Origin: Vicinamibacteria bacterium
GTDB lineage: Bacteria > Acidobacteriota > Vicinamibacteria > Vicinamibacterales > JAENWD01
Reading direction: 5' to 3'
Assembly (NCBI GenBank): GCA_963743245.1
Contig: CAVUPP010000020.1
Location: 768,167 to 832,166 of the forward strand
Length of the DNA stretch: 64,000 nt
The notes under the pieces were generated by a model, which did not search any database, had not been told where the DNA came from, and was given only the letters and a program-made list of their open reading frames with translations. The translations under genes and the position numbers were made by a program. Of the stretch, positions 28,965-38,691 are shown one piece after another (the first letter of the stretch is position 1; the number at the start of each line of letters is the position of its first letter).

Positions 28965-30314
28965 TCAGACCGCCGTCGGATCGGGATGGCTCCAGGGTTC
29001 GCGGTACGAACGTCGCAGGAGGCGCGCGGCCTCGTCGTCGCCGACGACCGTGCCGCGTTCATGGTTCCACTCGATCGAGCGGCCGATCTGCATCGACACA
29101 TTGGCCAGTATGCAGGCGGCGGTGGACATATAGCCTTGTTCGATGTCGGCCACCGGGCGTCCGCGCGTGTCGATCGCGTGCAGCAGATCGGTCATGTGCG
29201 CTCGAATCGCCGGCGCGACGTGCGTCTCGAGGTCCTTCTCGGTCCGATCTTCCGGAAATTTGTCGAACTCGTAGACCACGTCTTCGTGGACAGCTTGTCC
29301 GGATCCGTGCGGAGCGAAGTCGTAGCCGTACACGCTGCCCTTGAGCGTGCCCTTGTCGCCGTAGAGCGTGAAGCCCCATGGGTACTTCGGGTCGGGCGGG
29401 TCGCCATACGTGCGATGCGTCCAGGTCACGCGCAGGTCGGGAAAGTCGAACGTCGCGGTCTGCGTGTCGCTGATGTTGGACTTCTTGCCGCGATCGACGA
29501 AGATGCCGCCCGTCGACGAGATGCGGGTCGGCATGCCCAGATCCAGCAACCAGCGCACCGCATCGAGCATGTGGATGCACATGTCGCCGACGATGCCGTT
29601 GCCGTATTCCATGAAGGCGCGCCAGCCGCGTGGATGCACCTGGCGGTTGTAGGGGCGCATCGGTGCGGGGCCCGTCCACATCTCGTAGTCGAGCGTGTCT
29701 GGTGGTGCCGTGTCCGGAAAATCCTGCGCGGGCCGCATCGCGTAATAGCAATAGACCTCCGCGTACCCTACACGTCCGAGCTTCCCTTCGCGGATGATGC
29801 GATCGCGCGCGTGGATGAGATGGGGCGTGCTGCGCCGCTGCGTGCCGACCTGGACGACGCGGTTGTATTTCCGGGCTGTGGCCAGGATCGCCTGCCCCTC
29901 GGTGACATCCACGCTGATCGGCTTCTGCAGATACAGATCCGCGCCGGCCTGCATCGCCGCGATGGCCGCGAGCGCGTGCCAGTGATCGGGTGTCGCGATC
30001 AGGACCAGATCGAGGTCCTTCTCCGCCAGCATCTTCCGGTAGTCGCTGTAGGTTCGCGGCTTCGCGTGAGACGCCTGCCGACTGGCGACGAGGCTGGCCG
30101 CGTCGGCCAGCATCGCCCGATCTACATCGCAGAGGGACACGACTTCGACTGGCTCGACCTGAATCAGGCGGAGCAGGTCCGCCTTGCCGTACCAGCCCGT
30201 GCCGATCAGTCCGACACGCCTCGGGCGCGCGGGGACCATCGCAGACGCGAGGCGGCTGGAGGCGAGACCGACAGCGGCGGTGGCGGAGGTGTGCAGAAAC
30301 CGGCGGCGATCCAT
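28965..30314 (-). CDS. Gfo/Idh/MocA-family oxidoreductase with a Tat signal
   Basis: Starts MDRRRFLHTSATAAVGLASS and has the Rossmann segment VGLIGTGWYGK. The ATG at 30314 is used; the track ORF's extension to 30830 crosses a repeat array. Confidence 0.85.
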   Translation of the reverse strand: MDRRRFLHTSATAAVGLASSRLASAMVPARPRRVGLIGTGWYGKADLLRLIQVEPVEVVSLCDVDRAMLADAASLVASRQASHAKPRTYSDYRKMLAEKDLDLVLIATPDHWHALAAIAAMQAGADLYLQKPISVDVTEGQAILATARKYNRVVQVGTQRRSTPHLIHARDRIIREGKLGRVGYAEVYCYYAMRPAQDFPDTAPPDTLDYEMWTGPAPMRPYNRQVHPRGWRAFMEYGNGIVGDMCIHMLDAVRWLLDLGMPTRISSTGGIFVDRGKKSNISDTQTATFDFPDLRVTWTHRTYGDPPDPKYPWGFTLYGDKGTLKGSVYGYDFAPHGSGQAVHEDVVYEFDKFPEDRTEKDLETHVAPAIRAHMTDLLHAIDTRGRPVADIEQGYMSTAACILANVSMQIGRSIEWNHERGTVVGDDEAARLLRRSYREPWSHPDPTAV

Positions 30315-30353
30315 GCTGGCGTTTGTAGGCGAACGCCGCGGGAAAAGCAAATC

Positions 30354-30430
30354 AGTCTTCGGTCTGCGGTCTACAGTCTGCGGGCAGACCGGCGACCGCA
30401 GACCGCAGACCGTAGACCGCAGACCGTATG
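30354..30430 (-). terminator. Inverted heptamer arrays (GTCTGCG/CGCAGAC family) forming a long imperfect hairpin with a U-rich tail on the minus strand
   Basis: AGTCTTC GGTCTGC GGTCTAC AGTCTGC gg GCAGACC GGCGACC GCAGACC GCAGACC GTAGACC GCAGACC. About 20 or more pairs are possible across 30354-30411. The minus-strand RNA then reads GAUUUGCUUUUCC. Confidence 0.55.
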
Positions 30431-30889
30431 TCAGTCCACCTTCTTGCCGACCGCCGTGACGGCGTTCGCGTCGACGACCTGATCGATCTCCCGGCCCTGA
30501 TTGACCACGACGAAGTGCAGCTGCACCGGGAATGGATTTCCAGGCGTGTTGAGTCACCGCCGAGCCAGTGCAGTCCTGGATTGACGTGATAGGTGCCCGT
30601 GCCGGCCGTCCATTCCGGCTCGCGAGGGATGCCGTTGTCCACAATGTGGTCCACCTGGGTGAGATGGCCGTGCCCATCGTAGCGCTGCATGGCGAGGCCG
30701 CGGAGTTCGAGGTTCGGGACCCCAGAATGACGCCCAGTGATAGCGAATCCGTAGGCGCCATACAGCGTCCGGTTGGAACAGCGCCGGCTCTGGTCGGCTC
30801 CTGCGGTCGACGTCGAGACAAGAACGCCACACAGCAGCACGAGTGGTGCTGCTACCAAGGCCATCAGTCGTCGTCAGGTTGAGCTTCAT
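30431..30889 (-). pseudogene. Small secreted protein (lipocalin-like, ...GTYHVNPDCTGS... type) with three apparent 1-nt insertions
   Basis: An AAGGAG ribosome-binding site lies 6 nt before the ATG at 30889 (MKLNLTTT). The protein then continues in shifted frames: MALVAAPLVLL...TGTYHVNP, then DCTGSAVTQH, then PGNPFPVQLHFVVVNQGREIDQVVDANAVTAVGKKVD with a stop at 30431. Confidence 0.4.
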
Positions 30890-30974
30890 TGCCGTCTCCT
30901 TGCCTAAGAAGTGGGATCGGTTGGGCGTCGTGGCAGCACGGTCGCACCGGCCACGAGGAGGAGCAATCGACGGC

Positions 30975-31017
30975 GGGTGAACTGGGGTGTACTGCGGGTG
31001 AATCGCGCTGGGGGTGT
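30975..31017 (+). promoter_or_regulatory. Direct-repeat pair upstream of the winged-helix regulator gene
   Basis: GGGTGAA occurs at 30975 and 30996, 21 nt apart. Each copy is followed by GGGGTGT (at 30984 and 31011). This is a candidate autoregulatory site. Confidence 0.3.
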
Positions 31018-31061
31018 GCGGCCGAGCTATGCGCTAGACTGCAGCCCTCGTCGAGGGTGAG

Positions 31062-33244
31062 GTGCACGGGCCAAGACGCGAGCGTGCGCGCTTCGAGACG
31101 TTCCAGGTCGATCTGACCACCGGCGAGTTGTTCCGGTCAGGCATCCGCATTCCTGTTCAGGATAAGCCGTTTCAGCTCCTTCGCCTACTGCTCGAGGCCG
31201 GCGGCAAGCCCGTCGGCCGCGAACAGATTCGGCAGACGCTCTGGCCGGCCGACACGTTCGTGGACTTCGAGCACGCCGTCAACACCGCGATCAAGAAGCT
31301 CCGCCACGCGCTCGACGATTCGGCGGATCAGCCGCGCTTCATCGAAACGCTGCCAAAGATCGGCTATCGGTTCATCGCACCCATCGAGTGGGAGGATCAG
31401 GACCGTCACGCCGTGCTGTCGGCCGCGGGTCTGCCAATCACCGTCGCGCCGCCCGCAGACGCGACAGGCTCCCCGACAGCCGCGTCCACGGCGGTCCCGT
31501 GGCGGCTCGCGGCTCGTGATCGCTGGAGTCGTCGTTCTGATCCTCGCGGGACTTGCTGCCTACTTCGTCCGGACGCGATCGCAGCCGCCCTCCGATTCGC
31601 TGCGCGTGCTGCCATTCACCACGTTCCCCGGCTTCGAGATCGCGCCGAGCTTCTCACCCGACGGCAACAGCATCGTGTTTTCGTGGTTCGGCTACGAGAA
31701 GGAGTACAACTTCGACCTCTATGTCAAGCAGGTCGGCCAGGAGCGTGTGCTGCAGCTCACGCACCATCCCGCCATCGTTTCTCGGATCGGCGTGGTCACC
31801 CGACGGGCGGTTGATCGCTTTCATGCGGCAAGCCGAGCCCGACGCGACGGGCATCTACGTGATCTCACCGCTTGGCGGCGCGGAGCGGAAGCTGACCTCG
31901 TTCCCACTCATGGAGGGATTTGGACCGCTCGGCGTCACCTGGACGCCCGACAGCAAGTGGGTGGCGTTTTCAAAAGTGATCGACGCCCGGCCACCTGGCA
32001 GCCATGCCGCGCAGAGACGTGTCCATCTGATCAACGTCGAGACCGCCGAGGAGCACGTGCTTCCGGCGCCGGCCTCCGAGTGCGAGGACATCTGGCAACC
32101 GGCCTTCTCGCCCGATGGCAGGACACTCGCATCGGTCTGTGTGCTGACTGGAGGCGTCGGGAAGATCTATCTGCAGGACGCCGATGGCAGCCATCCTCGC
32201 GAAGTGGCCGGCGCCCCTTCGTCCGAATCGATGGCCGGCATCGCGTGGATGCCCGACAGCCAGTCGATCGTCTACAGCGCCGACCTTCATCTCTGGAGGG
32301 TTCCGCTCAATCATGGGACGCCCGAGCGGCTGCTGTTCGCCCAGGACGCCGAGAGCGTGAGCATCGCGCGTGCGGGCAACCGCCTGGCATACGTACAGAC
32401 ACGACATCCACCCGCCATCTACCGCCTCGATCTTGCCGACGCCACGACCGCCGCGAGCGCTGCGACGCGCTTCATCTCATCAAGCCGTGGGGATGCGATG
32501 CCGAGGTTTGCGCCAGACGGCCAGGCGATCGCCTTTGCATCGGAGCGATCGGGCACCCCCGAGCTCTGGTTGTGCGATCGCGATGGAGCCAATTCCGTAC
32601 AACTGAGCCACTTCGGCGGCCCCAGCGTCAGTTCGCCGCAATGGTCTCCGGATGGCCGGGGAATCGTGTTCGACGTTCGGTTCCCAGGCAAGCCGCAGGT
32701 CTACCTCGTGAACCGAAGTGGCGGACCGCCGAAACGGTTCGAGACCGGAACGCCGAACGCGAGATTCCCGGCGTGGTCAGCCGATGGGAGATACATCTAC
32801 TTTTCGACCGAACGGCCCAGTGCCGTGTGGAAGATCCCAGCCGACGGCGGAGCCCCGATCCGGCTGACGGCGGACGGCAGCGTGGGTGCGTTGGAATCAG
32901 ATGATCACCGGCGCGTGATGTACCTCAACGAGCAGGACGGGCTCCGGCTCTGGTCGGCCTCGATCGATGGCGGCGATGAACGGCCTCTTCCTGACCTTCC
33001 GCGCGATGCCTGGTCGTGGACCCTCGCCCCGCACGGGCTCTACTACCTCACCGGCTCACCGACGCAGCGTCAGTTCTCCATGATGCACTTCGACACCACG
33101 ACCAGGCAGTCCAAGAAGGTGGCGGATCTGCCGAGTCTGTTTCACGCCGGTGGTCTTACGGTCTCGAAGGATGGGCGCACGGTGCTCTTCAACGGCAACG
33201 ATCACAGCGAAGGCGACATCATGCTCGTCGAGGGATGGAAATGA
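31062..33244 (+). CDS. Winged-helix (OmpR/CadC-type) DNA-binding protein, TM segment and TolB-like beta-propeller; two apparent 1-nt insertions
   Basis: The wHTH region reads GKPVGREQIRQTLWPADTFVDFEHAVNTAIKKLRHAL...TLPKIGYRFI. The TM segment is IAGVVVLILAGLAAYFV. Repeated SPDG propeller motifs follow. The frame changes at about 31505-31516 and about 31765-31780. Confidence 0.7.
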
Positions 33245-33345
33245 GCCTGGGGCTTTGGGCTTTGGCCCTTGGGCCCACGAGGGTCCAAGAGTTGAAGGGT
33301 CCGCACAGTCGAAGAGCTGCGCCCCTGCGACCCCTTCGACTCGGG
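33245..33345. repeat. Composite array: GGGCTTT family followed by the GTCGAAG family with a small inverted repeat
   Basis: Reads GCCTGGG GCTTTGG GCTTTGG CCCTTGG GCCCACG, then GGGTCCAAGAGTTGAAGGGTCC...AGTCGAAG...CTTCGACT. Confidence 0.75.
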
Positions 33346-33359
33346 GACTGTCGTGAGGT

Positions 33360-33447
33360 TGGTGCCAAAGGGGGGAATCGAACCCCCACGACCCAAAGGG
33401 TCGGCAGATTTTGAGTCTGCTGCGTCTGCCAGTTCCGCCACTTTGGC
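33360..33447 (-). tRNA. tRNA-Leu (anticodon CAA), CCA encoded
   Basis: Minus strand reads GCCAAAGTGGCGGAACTGGCAGACGCAGCAGACTCAAAATCTGCCGACCCTTTGGGTCGTGGGGGTTCGATTCCCCCCTTTGGCACCA. The acceptor stem is GCCAAAG/CTTTGGC, the anticodon loop is CTCAAAA, the variable arm is long, and the T-loop is GGTTCGATTCC. Confidence 0.92.
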
Positions 33448-33450
33448 CAG

Positions 33451-34972
33451 CTACGGGCGCGGGCTCCTTCGAGTATAGGAGCCTCGACCCGGAGGCGACA
33501 AGCGAATCGTCGGCGGCTCAATCGGCGCAAGATGCGGACTGAGGACGACCTCCGGAAAACCGGCCGACGAGGGCGGCGAGAAGAGCAGCCGCCATCGGCC
33601 CTCGCGCAGATAGCGGTCGAAGAAGGCCAGCGTGTAGGCGCTCAGCAGTGCTTCCATCCGCTGGCCGTCGATGCGGCCGAGCAGGCCCGCGGTCTCGAGA
33701 ATCGGCGCGACGAGACTTGCGTCAGAGAAGTTCCAGTGCCTCGCCCCCGTGACCTCGACGCGATACCGATCGCCAGTGGAACGTCCGTAGATTTCGTCGT
33801 TCACCGTGTTGCCCTCGCGTACGAAGTAGAGCAGCGGCACGCCGAGCGGCGTGGCCTCGGCCCGTCCGTGCTGACGTCCGTCCATGTTGAGCGCGGCCAC
33901 GCAGCGATCGTCGCGAAGGCAGAACTCTCCGGCCGCCGATCCGCCGAACGACATACCGAAGACGCCGATACGCGCGCGATCGAGGCGGTGCGCCAACAAT
34001 GCACTCGGCAAGCCCTGATCGCGCGAGGTTCCATCGTCGATGGCCTCGAAGTGATCGACGAGCCTTCCGATGTCCTGCACCCACAGCTCGAGACTCTGAT
34101 CGAGCAGGGGATGCGATGCGTCGCTCGACGACGTGCGTGATTCCCGCGCCTGAGCGAACACGGCTCTCATCCGCTGCGCATCGCCCTGCAGCGAGATGAC
34201 CATCGGGAAAGAGCAGTCCGGCACTCTCGAACGGATGGCCGACGCTGAAGACAATGAAGCCGTGGCTGGCGAGCTCTTCCATCTGTATCGTGTTCTGCCA
34301 GGGCGTCGAGCCGTACCCGTGCGAGAACACGAGCACCGGATAGCGCGGGTGCTCGTTCGTCAGCGGCGCGTCCGGGTAGCTGTGCGAGCGAATCGATCGA
34401 AGATGCGCGAGCGGATTGAGTCGAGGCAGGCCGAAGAGCCCCAGTGCCGCTGGTGCCACGACGGGCGCGTCTGGCCAGAACGCCTCCGGACGAGCGCCTG
34501 GCAGCGGCTTCGCCGGATACCACGCGAGGATCGGGAGGACGCGCCGTGCGCGGCCATCCGCTGCCAATGGATCGATCGGCGCACCATCGTCCACGATGAA
34601 GCGGACGCGTCCGACCGCGTTCGGTCCCGACGGCGCCGGCGGAACGAAGATGGGGACACCGACGGCGAGCGCGAGGGTAAGCGCGAGACACGTCGCCACA
34701 AGCAGCGTCCGCGCGATGGTCCAGACCTGCCGCCACCGAGATGACTCGGCGGGGACTGGCGAACGCCAGAGCCGGACGACCAGCCACGCAAGGACGGCGT
34801 ACGACGGTGCGAACTGCCATCGAGGCGACCCGAAGGCAGCCTGCAGGACGAGGCATCCGAGAGCCGCGCGCGCAAGCCAGCGCCACCAGTCGGCGGGACG
34901 CCGCGTTCGGGTCGGAGCGCTGAGCGCAGCGGGCACGATCGCCACGATCAGCAGAATGTCGAGTGGTTGCAT
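33451..34972 (-). CDS. Membrane-anchored alpha/beta hydrolase (PAF-acetylhydrolase / dienelactone-hydrolase-like); apparent 1-nt insertion
   Basis: The N-terminus has TM helices, followed by YPVLVFSHGYGS and GVFGMSFGG (nucleophile elbow). ORFs 33722-34972 and 33451-34254 join at about 34200-34208 (..LLFP|MVISLQGD..). Confidence 0.65.
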
Positions 34973-35072
34973 GAACGCGGGCGGCCGGCTTGCAGATTAT
35001 GCGCTGAGGCGACAGAATGCCACCGCAGCCCGGCCGGGGCCGGCCCGGCGCAGCCTTCATCGGAGCATTTAC

Positions 35073-35576
35073 ATGAGTGTGAGCAAGATCGTCCAGGACG
35101 CCATCAACCGGCAGGTCAACGCCGAATTGAGCGCGTCGTACCAATACCTCGCCATGGCGGCCTATTGCGAACAGCAGCATCTGCGCGGCATTGCGCGCTG
35201 GATGCGCCTCCAGAGCCAGGAGGAGTACGGGCACGGCATGAAGCTCTTCGACTTCCTGATCGCTCGCGGATGTGAAGTCGAGTTGAAGCAGCTGACGGCG
35301 CCCACCGTCACGTTCCCGACCGTCATGGCGGTCTTCGAGACCGTGTTACGGCAGGAGCAGGAAGTCAGCGCAGCCATCGACACGCTGTACGACCTCGCGT
35401 TCCGCGAGAAGGCGTTCTCGGCGACCGTCGAGCTCCAGTGGTTCCTGACCGAGCAGGTGGAAGAGGAGCAGTCGGCGCGAGAAATTCTCGCCAAGCTGCA
35501 GATGGTCAAGGACGACCCGGCGTCGCTGCTGGATCTCGATCGGGAGCTTGGATCGCGCGCCCCTGGAGCGAAGTAG
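35073..35576 (+). CDS. Ferritin (non-haem, Ftn-type)
   Basis: Starts MSVSKIVQDAINRQVNAELSASYQYLAMAAYCE and contains QSQEEYGHGMKLFDF. It is 167 aa. The ATG at 35073 lies inside a longer track ORF. Confidence 0.85.
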   Translation: MSVSKIVQDAINRQVNAELSASYQYLAMAAYCEQQHLRGIARWMRLQSQEEYGHGMKLFDFLIARGCEVELKQLTAPTVTFPTVMAVFETVLRQEQEVSAAIDTLYDLAFREKAFSATVELQWFLTEQVEEEQSAREILAKLQMVKDDPASLLDLDRELGSRAPGAK

Positions 35577-35578
35577 AT

Positions 35579-35647
35579 CGGTCTGCGGTCTACAGTCTGC
35601 GGTCTGCGGCTTACGAATACGAACCCGAACACGAATCCGAACACGAC
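35579..35647. repeat. Composite array: GTCTGCG heptamers followed by GAACAC hexamers
   Basis: Reads CGGTCTGCGGTCTACAGTCTGCGGTCTGCGG CTTAC GAATAC GAACCC GAACAC GAATCC GAACAC GAC. It fills the convergent spacer. Confidence 0.85.
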
Positions 35648-35654
35648 TGGCGCG

Positions 35655-38405
35655 CTACGGAGTCGTCCTCAGTTGATGTAACCGATTCCACATCTCCTCG
35701 ACCGTCGATCGCAGACGTCCCGTGGTGACGGTGTAATCGCGGGGCGCCCCCTCGGACGCCGCGGCCGGTGCCAGCGGTGTTCCGACTTCCAGCGTGACGT
35801 GCAGCCGCCGCCACGGGCGGAACGCACCCCAGTTGATCGGACGATTGCGCGGCCACAGGTCGTAGACGCCATCGAGGGCGACCGGCACGATCGGCACCCC
35901 GAGCGTGTCGGACAGAATTGCCGCTCCCTTCTTGAACGCGCGGACGGTGCCGTCGATCGACCGCTCACCCTCCGGGAACAGCACGAGCACCCGTCCATGT
36001 CGCAAGCCGAAGGCACCGGCCTGCATCGCGGGCACCAGACTCGCATCGGGATCCACCGGCACGACGTTCAGCTCGCGCGCGAGCCATTTCATCAGCGGCG
36101 TCTCGAAGTATTCGCTGGCGCCGACGAAGAACATTTCGTTGAACACCCGCAGCGGCAGCCCACCCACCAGCGCGAATATGTCCACGTAGCTTTGATGGTT
36201 AGGGCAGATGAGATACGGCCCTTTCGAGGGCAGTCGATCCACTCCGCGCACATCCAGCCGGATGCCGAGCCGCAGCACCAGGAGGGCGATGCGCAGGAGG
36301 ACGAAGAGCAGCCGTGAGGTGAGCGTCTTCGGCTGGAGCAACGTGTCGAGTTCGGGCGTGTGCGGAGGATCCGTCGCGAGCAGGGTGGCCCACGCATCAC
36401 CAGACTCGGCCGTGTCACCCGCGCGATGCTGCCCGATGGCCTCGACGAGCTCCCGCACGGTGAAGACGCGTTGGGCATCCTCGTCTGGCACATCCGCACC
36501 GAAGCGTTGCTCCAGCGCCGTGAGCAACTCGACGCGCTCCATCGAGTCGAGGCCCAAATCCAGCTCGAGGTTGGCGTCCGGCCTCGCCACGCGCCCCTCG
36601 CGCGCGGCCTTCTGGATGACAGCGAGGATGGGCGCGACGTCATCGCGCTCGCTCCATTCGCGATCGGCATCCGTGATGGCGGCTGCCGGTTCCACGGACG
36701 CTGCCTGACGTTCCCGGACTCTGCGCTCGATCTCGAATCGCTTCAACTTGCCGGTCGTCGTGCGCGGCAACGGTTCCATCCAGACTTCGTAGCCGAGCAC
36801 ACGCTTGTGCGCGGGGAGCCCGACCGAGCGTCCTTCCATCTCGAACCGGATCAGATCGCCCGCGTTGACGATCTTCTTCTCGCGCAGCACGTCCGGATCG
36901 GGGACGACCACGGCATACAGCCGCTCGGCGCTCGGCTCGTCGGGCCGCGTCAGCCCCAGGACGCACAATTCCTTGATGAACGGCGACTGCCGGTAGTGCG
37001 CCTCGATCTCTTCCGGATAGATGTTCTTGCCCGAGCTGAGGACGATGATTTCCTTCTTCCGGCCAGTGATGGTGAGGCGGCCGGCTGCGTCGATGCGGCC
37101 GAGGTCCCCTGTGTGGAACCAGCCGTCCTTGATGGCGGCAGCGGTCGCATCCGGACGGTTGTAGTAGCCCGCCATCACGATCGGGCCGCGAATCGCCACT
37201 TCGCCGTCGCTCAGTCCGGTCTCGGCCGTCTCGGGTGGCAGGATGCGCAGCTCCGATCCCGGCAACGCCTGGCCCACCGTTTCGAGGTGCGGATCGCCGG
37301 GGTGCATGATCGTCGCGGCGCCTGACGTCTCGGTGAGCCCGTACGCCTGCATGATGTTGAACCCCATCCGATAGAGGTCCGCCCCGATCTCCGGATCGAA
37401 GCGCGACCCTCCCGTGATGAGGAGCCGCATGCGCCCGCCGAGGACCCGGTGGACGCGCGCAAACAGCAGCGGGCCCGCATTGACACCAAGACGCCGCAGC
37501 ACGCCGTTGGTGGCGAGGAATACGCGGAACATCGCGCGCACGGGCAGGCTCGCGCGTGCCACTTCGCTCGTGACGCGCTGGTGAATCAGATAGAAGAACT
37601 GCGGCACGCACGCGAACGCCGTCACACCGCGCTCGGAGAGCGCGCGCAGCAGCTCGGTCGTGTTGACAGATTCGAGAAACACGACTCGCGCGCCAATCGA
37701 AAACGGGAGCAGCAGATTGGCCATCTGCGCGAGGGCATGAAAGAGCGGCAGCACGCCCAGCACGCAGTCCCGCTCGTCAACGCTGATGACAGCAAACGCG
37801 CCTTCACGTTCGGCGAGCAGGTTGCCGTGTGTGAGGACGACGCCCTTGGGATCGCTGGTGGTGCCCGACGTGTAGAGGATGACCGCCGGATCCGACGGAC
37901 CGCTCGGACAATCGGGGACCGGGCCGAGCGATGCGTCCGACACGATCCTGTCCACGATGGGCAGCGTGTCGTGAGGCGGGTGGAGGAGTGCGACGGGCGT
38001 CTGGGTGCCTGCCTGCTGGCGTCCATCGGTCACGGCATCCAGGTGGCGCGCGGTCGTGAACACGATGGACGGCTGACAGTCGGTGATGAGTCGAGCAACC
38101 TGCGCGGCCTTGTACGCGGTGTCGAGAGGGACGGCGATGGCGCCCAGGCGGAGGATGCCGAGGTATGTCGCACACCAGTGCGCGTCGTTCTCGGCCAGGA
38201 TGGCGCATCGGTTGCCGGCCTGGACACCCTGGCGCTGAAGCCAGACGGCGATGCGTCCAGCCATACTGTCGAGCTGGCTGTAGGTGACCGTCTCCAGATG
38301 GTCCCGGTGCTGGACTTCGATAGCCGGGCGCTCGCCCACACGCGCGACGGCGCCGGCGAACTGGTCGAAGAAGTTACGCATGGTGGAGTCGTGCGGCGGG
38401 GGCAT
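35655..38405 (-). CDS. Tri-domain acyl-activating enzyme: AMP-binding acyl-CoA/ACP synthetase, carrier-protein domain and PlsC-type acyltransferase (Aas-like)
   Basis: The AMP-binding motifs are ILYTSGTTSDPKGV and TGDLGRIDAAGRLTITGRKKE. The carrier-domain motif is LGLDSMERVELL. The acyltransferase HX4D motif is CPNHQSYVD, and FPEGERS is also present. Confidence 0.85.
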   Translation of the reverse strand: MPPPHDSTMRNFFDQFAGAVARVGERPAIEVQHRDHLETVTYSQLDSMAGRIAVWLQRQGVQAGNRCAILAENDAHWCATYLGILRLGAIAVPLDTAYKAAQVARLITDCQPSIVFTTARHLDAVTDGRQQAGTQTPVALLHPPHDTLPIVDRIVSDASLGPVPDCPSGPSDPAVILYTSGTTSDPKGVVLTHGNLLAEREGAFAVISVDERDCVLGVLPLFHALAQMANLLLPFSIGARVVFLESVNTTELLRALSERGVTAFACVPQFFYLIHQRVTSEVARASLPVRAMFRVFLATNGVLRRLGVNAGPLLFARVHRVLGGRMRLLITGGSRFDPEIGADLYRMGFNIMQAYGLTETSGAATIMHPGDPHLETVGQALPGSELRILPPETAETGLSDGEVAIRGPIVMAGYYNRPDATAAAIKDGWFHTGDLGRIDAAGRLTITGRKKEIIVLSSGKNIYPEEIEAHYRQSPFIKELCVLGLTRPDEPSAERLYAVVVPDPDVLREKKIVNAGDLIRFEMEGRSVGLPAHKRVLGYEVWMEPLPRTTTGKLKRFEIERRVRERQAASVEPAAAITDADREWSERDDVAPILAVIQKAAREGRVARPDANLELDLGLDSMERVELLTALEQRFGADVPDEDAQRVFTVRELVEAIGQHRAGDTAESGDAWATLLATDPPHTPELDTLLQPKTLTSRLLFVLLRIALLVLRLGIRLDVRGVDRLPSKGPYLICPNHQSYVDIFALVGGLPLRVFNEMFFVGASEYFETPLMKWLARELNVVPVDPDASLVPAMQAGAFGLRHGRVLVLFPEGERSIDGTVRAFKKGAAILSDTLGVPIVPVALDGVYDLWPRNRPINWGAFRPWRRLHVTLEVGTPLAPAAASEGAPRDYTVTTGRLRSTVEEMWNRLHQLRTTP

Positions 38406-38602
38406 GATAGCGCGGACGGGACCGGCGACGGGGCGGCTCAGACGCCTCGACCGTCCGAAGCTGGTGGATTGACAACCTGCGTGTCCACAGGGACTTACTG
38501 CGGACAGGCTGGGGTGGATTCCGTCACTTTGTCATTCACCCGAAGACCGCATACGGAAGTCCGAATTCGCGCGTTTTTCTGAATGTTTTTAATCGTTTTT
38601 GG

Positions 38603-38631
38603 TTGCTACTGGCTGGGAGCTGCGCTATACT
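38603..38631 (+). promoter_or_regulatory. Sigma70-type promoter of carD with an AT-rich UP-like element
   Basis: TTGCTA-N17-TATACT, preceded by TTTTTCTGAATGTTTTTAATCGTTTTT. This region stands out in an otherwise GC-rich sequence. Confidence 0.6.
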
Positions 38632-38691
38632 CAGTGGGCTGCACACCTCCCGAACTTAGCCCACAGATTCCTAACTCCTAACGGGGGACAC

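Noticed and set aside
28965-30830. A 621-aa version of the Gfo/Idh/MocA ORF
   Set aside because: The N-terminal extension runs through the GTCTGCG repeat hairpin and the neighbouring gene. A textbook Tat signal starts at the internal ATG at 30314.
33360-33447. tRNA-Leu as an integration site for a genomic island
   Set aside because: There is no integrase, no phage or transposase genes, and no visible direct repeat of the tRNA 3' end in the flanks. The neighbouring genes look like ordinary chromosomal genes.
38406-38600. A structured ncRNA in the roughly 290-nt spacer between the Aas-like gene and carD
   Set aside because: I could find only weak, short pairings and no motif I recognise. The AT-rich part is better explained as the carD promoter and UP element.
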